Shown: positions 19,901 to 28,230, numbered from the stretch's first letter. The stretch: DNA of 64,000 nt from Nitrosopumilus sp. (GCA_965223425.1 OZ245003.1:960001-1024000), one strand, 5' to 3'. Program-made: numbers and translations. Notes: generated by a model from the sequence alone, not told the origin.

Positions 19901-22900
19901 TCACAGACAGCAGCAGCGCCAACGCGACAGTCTCCACAGTCACCCCTGTACCCGGCAGTACGGTATACGACGTGGGGGTGACCGTAACTGCAAACGGCAC
20001 AGTCAGCCTTGTGCTTGCAGGATCACACTATATCATTGATACTGCAAGCAACTCCCTGTCTCCTGCGGATCCGCCCGTCAGCGAATCATACAACGTCTCC
20101 CTCCTCCCGCAGGCAGAAAACCGGCCTCCGACAATCGACCTAACCGGCGTTAACCCTGCAACTGCAGAAAGGTACGTCGCGTATACAGATGCCGGGGCAG
20201 CCTGCACCGATCCTGACGGCGATACCACAATGCTTGCCAGCTCCTCCAATGTGGACACGGACACAGTATCTTTGCCGGCATCTCCTTACCGGTACACCTA
20301 CTCGTGTACAGACCAACACGGGCTTGCCGCGACAAACAAGACCAGACTCGTCAGTGTGGAGGATACCGTGAAACCTGTGATTACCCTTATCGGCCCGGCA
20401 TCAGTACCGCTGACAGTGGGCGACACATACACGGAAGAAGGGGCAACCTGCACTGACTCTGGCCGTCTGCTTGGTGCTGCCAGTATCGGCGGCGCTACGG
20501 TGGACACGGCTGTCGTCAACGAGTACGATGTGGTGTATGCCTGCTCAGACGGGTACAACAACGCTATTCCGGTAACCAGGACCGTAACTGTTACAGAGCC
20601 CACGCCACCACCACCACCACCACCGGACGTCAACGTCCCCCCATCTGCGTCAATCAGCGCGCCTCCCCGGGCAGCAGAGGGAACGCAGGTAACCCTTGAC
20701 GGGAGCGGCTCTGCTGACACTGACGGCACCATACAATCATACAACTGGACTGCCAGCAACCCGGCAGTAGCCATCACCGGCAGCACCCAGCCAACTGCAT
20801 CATTTATTGCGCCCCAGGTCACAGAGGACACTTTTCTGGCCATCACGCTGAAGGTAACTGACGACGACGGCGCCACAAACTCTGCACAGCACAACATGAC
20901 CATAACCAACGTAAGCCCGCCACCTGACGACAGTGCCGCCCCGACGTTTACTGCCAGGACCGGCCCTGCCACAAACCAGATAACTGTCACCTTCTCCAAG
21001 AACGTCAACAGCACTGCTGACTCCCACGCAGCATGGGGCGTGGCAGGAAGCACGGTCACCGCAATCACCGGCCTTGACGGGACAGGCAATACTGCAACCC
21101 TGACGCTGCAAAGCCCGGTACAGCCGCCTGATGCAACGCCTGCCGTAACATACAATGCCGATGCGGGGAGCGTCTCAGATGCGGCAGGCAACGCGTTAGC
21201 TACTGCAACTGTCACCGCTACTGCGGGACATCCTGCAGGTCTTCACATCCACCTGATCGGCGATGCCTTCCTATACCACACATACGGGGAACCGTACACC
21301 GACAAGGGCGCCCTGTGCCATGACGCAGACGGAAACGACATAACTGACACCGGCGACTATGAAACCCTGCCGTACCTGAATCAGACGCAGACAATAAACG
21401 CCACCCTTCATGCAGATACCGTTCTTAATTTTACCCACCAATCCCAAAACGAGTACCGCCCCTTTGATCCGCAGGAGGTAACATACAAGTGTGCTACCTC
21501 GCCGTCTGAATTCGTAGAGGAGTCCAGGCAAGTAGCCCTGCGTGATGACACACCTCCTGAAATCCGACTAAACGGGCCACGCGACGTGGATCTGGAGATA
21601 GGCGAGACATTTGAGGAGACTGCCACATGCACTGACGCTCCTCTCAAATACCAGACAGAACTTCTAAACGCCGCATTTTATCTGACTTTTCGCATCTCTT
21701 TCCTCCCTGACGGGTACCAAGACACCGCAGGAGAGCACACGATAAGCTACACATGTTCGGACTCTAAAGGCAACGACGCAGAGGATACAAGCAGGACGCT
21801 TCATGTAGGCACGCCTGACAACACGCCACCCGTGCTTGCAGTCAACCCCGGCATAGTGACCACCCTGGCAAACGGCACGCATGTCGTACGGCAGGATGTC
21901 GGCTTTGCAGCAGCAGGTGACGGCGGCGGCCTGCAGTCCGCAGTATCATGCACCGATAACAGGGACAGCACCCCTGCAATCACGCTGGATCCTGCCACGG
22001 TGGACACCTCAGTTAGCGGCGCCCACACCATAACGTACTCCTGCACGGATGCTGCCGGCAACCCATCTAATGATATAACAGTAACCTGGGATTTCGGTCC
22101 TGCAGCCCCCGTGCTTGCAGTAACGCCCGCAGACACCCAAGTCACGCTGGCACTCGACGCGTCATACGAGATCCCCGCAGCATCCTGCACAGACCACAGG
22201 GACGGCGACATCACCGGCACCGGGATTGTAACTGTCATCTCGTCTGGAGGCCAGCCAGTCGACGAAATAGACACCTCCTCTGCAGGCACATACGGTATAA
22301 CGTACTCCTGCACGGACTCTGATGACAACACCTCAGAGCACAACGTGACAGTCACAATCCTGCCTGCCGTAGTTGACAGCACGCCGCTTATCGTAGTGCT
22401 AAACCCGCCTGAAATCATATTTGTTCCAGTCGGGGGCAGCTTTGCAGATGCTGATACCGGCGCCCTCTGCATTGATGGCCAGGGCAATATCATAGAAGGC
22501 AGAACCACCGTGGATGCCACCGCACTTGACACGGCCGTTCTTGGCAACCACACCGTGACGTACTCCTGCACGGTTTCTGAAGAAAACCCCCAGTCTAGCA
22601 CCATATCAAGGACAGTCAGCGTGTACGGATTCACCGTAAACGGAAACATCGCCGACTTTGCAACTGACATCACCACCTCTGATGACTACGAGGAAGGCAT
22701 AATCCAAAACATTACGAATATTGAGAATCCATACCAAAGCATAAAGTATTACGATACAGCCGGGCAAGACACCGACTCTTTTGACAATCAAACACGCCCG
22801 GCAGGAACCTATACCGTACAGTATACCGTGTCTACCCCAATGTCGTCCCCGCCCATAACCTACACCATCACAGAGACAGTAACCGTGGTAAACGCCACCA

Positions 22901-25695
22901 CGCAGCCAGACGGCAACACGCCCCCAATTGTGGCAATCAGCGTAGTACCTGAAGTAGAGGCAGCAGAGGGAACGCTGGTATCCCTTGACGGGACTAACTC
23001 GAGGGATGATGACGGCACCATATCATCATACGCGTGGACCACCGACGATGCGTCCATCGCAATAACTGATGCTGACCGGCCAACTGCATCATTTACGGCG
23101 CCTCAGGTCACAGAAGACACTCCTCTGCTCATCACGCTGCGTGTAACTGACAACGAAGGCGCTCCAGGCTCTGCACAGTATACCCTGATCATAACTGACA
23201 GCGAGTCTCCTGTAGTACCTGACACCACGCCTCCAACATTTACGGTAGACGGCCACACAGGCGACTTTGAGACGTCCCTAACAGAAGGCCAGACCTACAG
23301 GAACGGCAAGATAGATAACATCAACGAGACTGGCAGCCATCCGACCAGCACGGAGATAAGGTACTACAGCGGCACCGGCGATGTCATCACCACCACTGAC
23401 GAAAACAAGATCAGCTCCATTAACAATACCATGCCTGCCATCGGAGGCTACACCATACAGTACCGCGTCTCTGACTCGGCCGTTTCACCAAACACCCACA
23501 CAATCACAGAGACACTCACCGTGCGCGCACCTGCCACGGTAACCATAGGGGCAATCGTCTCGACTACCGGCTCCATCTCGTCACTTGGCATACCTGCAAA
23601 TGACGCCATACACCTGGCAGTAAATGACTTTAACGACAGATACCTTGCGCCAAAGGAGACCTCATGGAGGCTTGCAGTGTCTGGGTATGATGACGGGTCT
23701 ACTTCTGAGGGCGCAATTGCAGCACTGGAACTGCTTGCAGGCAGCAACATAACCTCCATTGTGGGGCCCCTCACAAGCGATGCGCTGTCTGCAGTAAAGG
23801 GCCACGCCCTGTTTGATGAGCCGCCAAGGCTTGCCATAAGCTACGCATCCACTGCGCCTGCGGAGGATCTCAAGCAGAAAGACGACCGCGTCTTTAGGAC
23901 AGTCCCTGATGATTCCAACATCGTCAGGGTATACGTCAGCCTCTTTGAGGCAGACTCTGTGGATTACGTGATTCCGGTGTTCCGCAACGACGCGTGGGGG
24001 ATAGCACTGAACCGGACCCTTGCAGATGAAATTGATGATCATAACAACAACAACAACAACAACAACGAAATAACCGTACACGGCGGAATACTGTACGACC
24101 CTGACACCGTGTCACTTTCTGCCAACACAACGCTTGCCTTGCTGAATGACACGCTAAGTCGGGATTCCGTCAGTGAAAAGGCCCCCGCAGTGGTGGTGTT
24201 CGGATTTAGCGAGACCCTTGACATACTCGACGAGGCTGCAGCCACTGCAAACCTGCCTGCAGCAAAGTGGTACGGTAGCGACGCCGTGGCGCCATCAAAG
24301 CTGCTTGAGGGTGATACCCCACAGGACGAGAATCGCAGGGCATTCCTTGAGCGCACCGACTATAACGTGCTCACCCTTGCAATAGACGAAAACGAGGCAA
24401 ACAAGAGGATAGACAGCTCTGTGGACAACGCTGACGTATACTCTTATGCGGCATACGACGCAGTATACATACTCGGCACTGCCATACACCTCAACGGCGG
24501 CCCTGCAGGCAATATGGTCAACGAGGGCCTGATTGGCAACATCGCGCAGGTAGCAGACAACACAAACGGGCACTACACAGACCCTGCCATGGGCAACACC
24601 GAGCTCAACGAGTACGGCGACCTGAAGCAGGCTGATTACTTTGTCCTCTCCCTTGATCCTGGCAACGACAGAACCCCCGCATCCTTTGAGCCAGAATTCC
24701 GGTATGATCACTCATCAGGCACCCTTGGGAGCCTTGTCTCCTCTGGCGGCGGTGGCAGCAGCGGAGACGTCTCTGCCCCCTCAATCCGCACGGGCTTTGA
24801 TGCAAACCAGTACCCCCTGGTATACGACGGAGTAAAGTACGGCCCTGACACGATTGACTCTCCCCACACTGCCACGGTACGCGCAGGCAGCGGCGAGAGG
24901 CTTTTCAGCACCCTCACAGTATACGAGGACGGCGGGGCGCAAAACGTGCGGCACGTCGACATGTTTGTCGCACACGACGGCAGGACAATACACAACGACG
25001 GCACGGAAACCCACGTGACATACGATTCAGGCAACGTCCGGATAACTGATCCGCACGGCCTGATTGCCAGCGCCACTGTGGATGCGTCTGCCATTGATGC
25101 CACAAAGGCGCAGTTTGAGTTTGCCATAACCTTTGCCAAGAAGGTTCCGCTCTCTGACGTGCTGTACCGCCTGTGGGACACCAGCAGAAACGCGCTTTAC
25201 ATCCACCTTGAGGACGCCCTTGTGGTGTCTGAGGGAAGGAAAGGCGGCAGCAGCAGTGGCGGCGGAGGCGGTGGTGGCAGCGGAGGCGGTAGCAGCAGCA
25301 GCAGCGGAGGCGGCAGCAGCAGCAGCAGCAGCAGCAGCAGTACCGCCACCCCAGCCACCGGCAGCGGCAACGGCACAACAACAACAACCACCACCACCGC
25401 TGGCAACGGCACCGCAGCTGACACTGCAGACAAGCAGCAGCAACAACAACCCCGACAGGGCTTTACCGCAGAACAGCTTGACACCCTAAAGCAGTGGGGC
25501 GGATTTGCGTCCCAGTCCGCATCTGACTCGCAGCTTTTAGCCCAGTTCGGAATAGAGGGCACCAGCATCCCCGCATACTTTAAGCAGACAGCAAAGTGGT
25601 TCCTCGATGCAGATGACGGCGATGGCGGCCTGACTGCGCAGGAGTTTGTCGCAGCGCTGTCGTACCTCGGGCAGCGCGGGCTGCTGCTAAACTAG
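13921..25695 (+). CDS. Giant (3924 aa) secreted multidomain surface protein: two LVIVD-like propellers, SNDG-repeat propeller, PKD/Ig-like and DUF5011-like domains, periplasmic-binding (LivJ-like) domain, thaumarchaeal C-terminal domain
   Basis: Uninterrupted 11.8-kb ORF; signal peptide ending ADA-A; AGGAG upstream of TTG; repeated GVQIIDITDP, AFSNDG, VTLDGxxSxD and YSCTD motifs; C-terminal IPAYFKQTAKWF...EFVAALSYL. Confidence 0.93.
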   Translation: MRRLIKPPLLATTTTTAAAIAALVLLIPLCIPLADAAIDSPVPVASFDDGDTVTVGMTNKTFDELDQAHDITTVRIGTGTYALVVSLTDSGVQIIDITDPASPVPTASFEDGDTVEVGGTNKTFDKLFNGRDITTVRIGSSTYALVAATLDHGVQIIDITDPANPVPTASFEDGDTVEVGMTNKTFDELRQPYGITTVRIGSSTYALVAANLDDGVQIIDITDPASPVPTASFEDGDTVEVGGTNKTFDELDGARGITTVRIGSSTYALVAAYFDDGVQIIDITDPASPVPTASFEDGDTVEVGGTNKTFDELGKAFGITTVRIGSSTYALVAAYVDDGVQIIDITDPASPVPTASFEDGDTVEVGGTNKTFDELDGAFGITTVRIGSSTYALVAAYFDDGVQIINITDPASPVPTASFEDGDTVEVGGTNKTFDELDGAQGITVVDIGASTYALVASYVDDGVQIIDITNPAIDPPRFVSAELDELTGVLSVTFDKTIDASSVDATMFHIREPESITGGVTLSAPELDTAAIATTDGTALSFTLTGPNRDAVIALDDPQLEIGEGAVADANGTKITAAFDIRTARFAESFAFGTIDNGARAIAFSNDGLRMFLAGINGDSNAYQYALPAAFDVSGASLTRSVTLSDAPFINGIAFSNDGLRMFTVNRLTDTVYQYDLPTAFDVSGASLAQSLNIQSQQTGPTDVAFSNDGHSMFVIGAFEYKIDRYDLPTAFNVTGAEHVGVFSLEQRIEGNVYGLTFSNDGHRMLVTYGLGDFATNDYKSVHQYDLPAAFNTTGASLVGTFDLSPHAPRLRGTAFSNDGLGMFNIDSSNSTVHRYDLRLLYDINRQPVAEAGPNQHVQERDTVTLDGTNSADPDDGDTTLTYSWSQTSGSPAVSLTNANTTSPTFTAPQTGSTAALEFTLTASDSSLSNGTDTVTVTVYDDQTVFARSATYYENHGILGITFNRDIDRLPGILFDLFSIRESGSNSGGSDLASSEWLENTAARSTMIFMLDPSTDDAVRALTSPLIDIEAFAVSGTNGIPFMYDQVELPVVKSGAFLPRVTTAVASAQSEITVRFLSNVDTDITNGTGWFVGASVDVGLEENLAVESNSDPGGMTDTMTLALNGSLPTGFRSGAIFLDYQRPSDDGTGIFNGTEYLGSTNRILLTDGIPPVIVNASAASPTATSITLTFSERITGKSDAESFSLSRTADSATTTPVPAVVSQVEAGSSPTITLNLNGTIGNNDLVIGYNRDLGGDSSMADIAGNPVASFADIPVATPPADPVLPPPPEDDSYAIDSPVPVASITEGQTHSNGKTFDELDGPRDITTVDIGTSTYALVVSDRELTPFNGVQIINITNPENPAPVASITDGQTHSNGKTFDELSGPRGITTVTIGTSTYALVTAYFDQGVQIINITNPAKPVPTASFDDGDTVPVGNATRTFHELRGAQDITTVTISTSTYALVTAGLDDGVQIINITNPAKPVPTASFDDGDRVTVDNANRTFDELDGAQAITTVTIGTSTYALVAAGFDDGVQIIDITNPAKPVPTASFDDGDRVTVDNANRTFDELDGAQAITTVTIGTSTYALVAAGFDDGVQIINITNPASPVPTASFDDGDRVTVDNANRTFDELDGAQAITTVTIGTSTYALVASLDDDGVQIIDITNPANPFPTASFDDGDTVKVGGTNKTFDELDGARAITTVDIGSSTYALVASLTDNGVQIVGISSRSITNQPTVAPTLVSVERHDPATQSTNDTTPTFRATFSKAVTNVDTSDFETAGDATATVSAVTPVSDTVYHVEVNVTADGIVNLGIDAGHNIQDAAGNSLSGTEPTDTDEPYTIDTAPPTLLAVTRIHPAAENTNDRNPIFRVIFGEAVTNVDKEDFETLGNATSTVSSATRIFDTQYDVLVTVTADGTVNLGIDAGHNITDVAGNALSDTTPTGANEPYTIDTVQPTILSIKRHNPLTENTTDSTPTFRVTFSEEVLEVDKPDFAITDSSSANATVSTVTPVPGSTVYDVGVTVTANGTVSLVLAGSHYIIDTASNSLSPADPPVSESYNVSLLPQAENRPPTIDLTGVNPATAERYVAYTDAGAACTDPDGDTTMLASSSNVDTDTVSLPASPYRYTYSCTDQHGLAATNKTRLVSVEDTVKPVITLIGPASVPLTVGDTYTEEGATCTDSGRLLGAASIGGATVDTAVVNEYDVVYACSDGYNNAIPVTRTVTVTEPTPPPPPPPDVNVPPSASISAPPRAAEGTQVTLDGSGSADTDGTIQSYNWTASNPAVAITGSTQPTASFIAPQVTEDTFLAITLKVTDDDGATNSAQHNMTITNVSPPPDDSAAPTFTARTGPATNQITVTFSKNVNSTADSHAAWGVAGSTVTAITGLDGTGNTATLTLQSPVQPPDATPAVTYNADAGSVSDAAGNALATATVTATAGHPAGLHIHLIGDAFLYHTYGEPYTDKGALCHDADGNDITDTGDYETLPYLNQTQTINATLHADTVLNFTHQSQNEYRPFDPQEVTYKCATSPSEFVEESRQVALRDDTPPEIRLNGPRDVDLEIGETFEETATCTDAPLKYQTELLNAAFYLTFRISFLPDGYQDTAGEHTISYTCSDSKGNDAEDTSRTLHVGTPDNTPPVLAVNPGIVTTLANGTHVVRQDVGFAAAGDGGGLQSAVSCTDNRDSTPAITLDPATVDTSVSGAHTITYSCTDAAGNPSNDITVTWDFGPAAPVLAVTPADTQVTLALDASYEIPAASCTDHRDGDITGTGIVTVISSGGQPVDEIDTSSAGTYGITYSCTDSDDNTSEHNVTVTILPAVVDSTPLIVVLNPPEIIFVPVGGSFADADTGALCIDGQGNIIEGRTTVDATALDTAVLGNHTVTYSCTVSEENPQSSTISRTVSVYGFTVNGNIADFATDITTSDDYEEGIIQNITNIENPYQSIKYYDTAGQDTDSFDNQTRPAGTYTVQYTVSTPMSSPPITYTITETVTVVNATTQPDGNTPPIVAISVVPEVEAAEGTLVSLDGTNSRDDDGTISSYAWTTDDASIAITDADRPTASFTAPQVTEDTPLLITLRVTDNEGAPGSAQYTLIITDSESPVVPDTTPPTFTVDGHTGDFETSLTEGQTYRNGKIDNINETGSHPTSTEIRYYSGTGDVITTTDENKISSINNTMPAIGGYTIQYRVSDSAVSPNTHTITETLTVRAPATVTIGAIVSTTGSISSLGIPANDAIHLAVNDFNDRYLAPKETSWRLAVSGYDDGSTSEGAIAALELLAGSNITSIVGPLTSDALSAVKGHALFDEPPRLAISYASTAPAEDLKQKDDRVFRTVPDDSNIVRVYVSLFEADSVDYVIPVFRNDAWGIALNRTLADEIDDHNNNNNNNNEITVHGGILYDPDTVSLSANTTLALLNDTLSRDSVSEKAPAVVVFGFSETLDILDEAAATANLPAAKWYGSDAVAPSKLLEGDTPQDENRRAFLERTDYNVLTLAIDENEANKRIDSSVDNADVYSYAAYDAVYILGTAIHLNGGPAGNMVNEGLIGNIAQVADNTNGHYTDPAMGNTELNEYGDLKQADYFVLSLDPGNDRTPASFEPEFRYDHSSGTLGSLVSSGGGGSSGDVSAPSIRTGFDANQYPLVYDGVKYGPDTIDSPHTATVRAGSGERLFSTLTVYEDGGAQNVRHVDMFVAHDGRTIHNDGTETHVTYDSGNVRITDPHGLIASATVDASAIDATKAQFEFAITFAKKVPLSDVLYRLWDTSRNALYIHLEDALVVSEGRKGGSSSGGGGGGGSGGGSSSSSGGGSSSSSSSSSTATPATGSGNGTTTTTTTTAGNGTAADTADKQQQQQPRQGFTAEQLDTLKQWGGFASQSASDSQLLAQFGIEGTSIPAYFKQTAKWFLDADDGDGGLTAQEFVAALSYLGQRGLLLN
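14029..15340 (+). repeat. 7 x 186-bp (62-aa) coding tandem repeat, propeller array 1
   Basis: GACATTTGAC recurs at 14100, 14286, 14472... (186-nt spacing). Confidence 0.95.
15661..16450 (+). repeat. Five diverged AFSNDG-type propeller repeats
   Basis: IAFSNDGLRMF x2, VAFSNDGHSMF, LTFSNDGHRML, TAFSNDGLGMF, each followed by Q/R-Y-x-L. Confidence 0.85.
17803..19095 (+). repeat. 7-unit coding tandem repeat, propeller array 2
   Basis: Same unit family as array 1; opens with the same 30 nt (GCGATAGATTCGCCTGTTCCAGTCGCCTCC); units 4-6 nearly identical at 186-nt spacing. Confidence 0.95.
25243..25449 (+). repeat. Trinucleotide low-complexity linker (Gly/Ser, Thr, Gln runs)
   Basis: (GGC)n, (AGC)n, (ACA/ACC)n, (CAG/CAA)n. 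Confidence 0.85.
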
Positions 25696-26061
25696 GGACG
25701 CCAAAAGGCACCACCTGCCAGTCAAAGACAGATGCCCGCCGCAGATCGCCGGGAACGCGGCCAGGATCCGCTTGTCTGGCACCGCGCACACAAGGTTTTA
25801 TCAAACCCCTGTGCAGTCCCCAGTTGAGCCTGCAACCGGATTGCGGCACATCATCATCATCATCCCATATGCGTTGTTTTCCCTGGCCGTTCCAAACAGC
25901 AATATTCTTTTCAAGATATTTGGCTGCAGTATTCTAGATGCTTTGCAGGCTGCCAAGAGGGGAGACTCTCCACTGCAGAATCACACACGCCCAGAGTCTG
26001 CAGGATCGAATCACTGGTTACAGTTCAGAGGAGAACCTGGTACTTTTGTGAAGGCTTTCTC

Positions 26062-26159
26062 CAGCTAAGTGAAATGAAATGTGCCCTAACTAAGGAACCA
26101 CTCTCATGTGCAGAACCAACCGCTGATCTGATCTCAGATTTGAGGCATTTCGCTTAGCT
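26062..26159. mobile_element. ~100-bp MITE with the ends of the 12440-13687 ISH3 element
   Basis: Left end CAGCTAAGTGAAAT (1 mismatch to TIR), right end ATTTCGCTTAGCT; subterminal AACCGC...TGATCTCAG shared with the IS 3' end. Confidence 0.85.
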
Positions 26160-27228
26160 AGACCTGATCTGTAATTACTAACAAAACCTGACGTTTCACC
26201 AAACTGATTCCTTGTTACGTCATGGTATCACAACGAAATCGCGCGTCTTCAGCTTGTAGTTGATCAGGCCGCAGATTATGGCATTGATGCAGTCATACCT
26301 GCACAGTCTGTTCCTAAACTTGTCCCTCATTATGCCGAATTTCTTGATCCTTGAGATGACATGCTCCACCAGTACCCTTGCTCTGGACAGCTCCCGGTTG
26401 AATTCCTTCTGCGCATCATCAAGCTTGCCGCCCCTTGGCTTCTTGTACGGGATCAACACGTCAAGCTCCGGATAGTCCTTCCGTATCCCCTGATATCCAA
26501 GATCCACAAGGATTTTCAGATCTCCTGAAAGTTTTGGGCACTTTGACTTGAAGACAGAATAGTCATGCCTGCTTCCAGGCGAGTGCGGCGTCCTGTGCAT
26601 AATCATGCCGTCTGCGTTTACAACGTACTGTGTCTTGACCGTATGCATCTTCTTTTTGCCCGAATAGTGTGTCTTTCTCATGGACTTGTTCTTGGGCCTT
26701 TGAATCTGCTGCTCTGATGCGTCAATGATTGCGTGCAGCCCAGGAAAGGCGCATGCCAGCTCCCGAATGTCTGATATCTGTCTGGTCTCTGCAAGCTTTT
26801 TGTCAGGCAGTGACAGTGCAGATTTTATGGCAGGCTCCATGTATCGTATGCCGGTGCTGACATTTGACTGGCTCAGGTCAAAAAGCAGGCTCAGGAGACC
26901 CTGTGTGACGTATGTCCTGTAGTGGATCAGTGCCATCAGGATTCTGTCCCTGCGGCAGTGTTTGAACCTGCGCCCTGCGCCGATGTCTCGGATTCTGTTA
27001 TTCCTGGAGAGGCGTCTTTCCTCCGTTATCTTGTACTGTGACTCTATCTCCGGGCACAGATCATAAAACTGCCCGGGGGTAACTCCCGTCATGGACAGGA
27101 ATAATTTTGGTTTTTTTGCCAGCTTTTTGTGGTTTAACATGACATGCATGGCATTTTGCCTGTTTTGGATCTAGTTGCGAACAAATATCTGGAAAATGGT
27201 AAAATTATGTTAATAACGGATAGGGTCT
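26160..27228 (-). mobile_element. IS5-family (ISL2/DDE_Tnp_4-type) insertion sequence
   Basis: Imperfect 18-bp TIRs (14/18; 26160-26177, 27211-27228); 3-bp TSD GCT at 26157-26159 and 27229-27231. Confidence 0.85.
26220..27149 (-). CDS. ISL2/HARBI-like DDE transposase, apparently intact
   Basis: IIDASEQQIQRP, YSGKKKMHTVKTQ, PGSRHD, DLGYQG, RVLVEHVISRIKKF. Confidence 0.92.
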   Translation of the reverse strand: MHVMLNHKKLAKKPKLFLSMTGVTPGQFYDLCPEIESQYKITEERRLSRNNRIRDIGAGRRFKHCRRDRILMALIHYRTYVTQGLLSLLFDLSQSNVSTGIRYMEPAIKSALSLPDKKLAETRQISDIRELACAFPGLHAIIDASEQQIQRPKNKSMRKTHYSGKKKMHTVKTQYVVNADGMIMHRTPHSPGSRHDYSVFKSKCPKLSGDLKILVDLGYQGIRKDYPELDVLIPYKKPRGGKLDDAQKEFNRELSRARVLVEHVISRIKKFGIMRDKFRNRLCRYDCINAIICGLINYKLKTRDFVVIP

Positions 27229-27446
27229 GCTGTATACACAGATATTTTCATAATATGCTGGTCTTGCCAATTGACTTGTAGTTGATTCTGCAATACTAGC
27301 AAATCCGTTACGGATGACAGCATTGGTGCTCCTAGTAAAGACGCTATATCATCCCAAATGCTTCAACTGCAGATAATTCCAATTCTTGGTATTCTACGAC
27401 ATTGTAGCTAGAATCAATCCCATGCATCTTCTTCCTAATTATCTGA

Positions 27447-28199
27447 TTAAATTACTTGATCAATTATTGATTCGTTTCCAATAATGGAACCATCAAGTGT
27501 AACTATTCTTGCAGTGGATATTGATTTTATCTTGTCAATTATCGGAGATATTGATTTTTTATATTGCCTCCTATGTGTTGCATAAAAATACTTGTTAAAT
27601 GAAGGAATAATTGTAATTTCTAATTCTCCTGACTTGTTTGGAAAAATGTTTTCTTTTTCTGTTTTTAGTGATATCCAAACTCTTTGTCCATTTACCACCG
27701 AGTCTTCTTGAAAAAATACTGGATGAACATGGCCCATGATAATTTTATCAACATGAGAAAAATTCTCTGAAGGCATTGTGTGTCCGTGTGTCAACAAAAC
27801 ATTTTCTTCAACCATTCCAGTTGAACTAATCATGGAAATATTCTCCGGAACCAACCTCTGAATATTTGCATCATGATTTCCAGGAACCAAAATTACGTCA
27901 CATTTTTCTCGAACCTTTTCAAAAAACATTGGAACCTCATCCCATTCATTTTTTGAAATGCTTTTTATGCTTGATTTTACATCACCTAGTAGAATTACTG
28001 AGTCCGGATTTTCTGCATCGATAATTTCTAAAAGATCTTGAATTGTTTCCTTAATTGTAGAGTTTTTACCTATGAAAATCCCATTTGAGCTCATACTACT
28101 TTCAAATCCTATGTGAATATCTGTAACAGCAAGATACTTTTTTCTACCTTCTAGAACTAGTGCTGGCTTTGAGGAAACTAATCTTGTTTGTAGCATCAA
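27447..28199 (-). CDS. Metallophosphoesterase
   Basis: DIHIG, LLGD, GNHD, HGH, GHVHP. Confidence 0.9.
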   Translation of the reverse strand: MMLQTRLVSSKPALVLEGRKKYLAVTDIHIGFESSMSSNGIFIGKNSTIKETIQDLLEIIDAENPDSVILLGDVKSSIKSISKNEWDEVPMFFEKVREKCDVILVPGNHDANIQRLVPENISMISSTGMVEENVLLTHGHTMPSENFSHVDKIIMGHVHPVFFQEDSVVNGQRVWISLKTEKENIFPNKSGELEITIIPSFNKYFYATHRRQYKKSISPIIDKIKSISTARIVTLDGSIIGNESIIDQVI

Positions 28200-28230
28200 A
28201 GTTATACCTCAGGTATGTGATTAAATCCTT

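Larger units (their letters stand above)
12440..27232. mobile_element. Composite transposon (ISH3-type ends) carrying a giant surface-protein gene
   Basis: Left TIR CAGCTAAGCGAAAT 12440-12453; right TIR ATTTCGCTTAGCTG restored (26147-26159 + 27232) after removing the nested IS; TSD TATAC at 12435-12439 and 27233-27237. Confidence 0.85.

Noticed and set aside
13731-25849. Many overlapping and antisense ORFs across the giant gene
   Set aside because: Shadow frames expected from GC-rich repetitive coding DNA; no recognisable motifs.
25696-26061. 98-aa ORF 25772-26068 and (CAT)n run inside the transposon
   Set aside because: No recognisable motif in any frame; the ORF ends inside the MITE TIR. 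Left unexplained.
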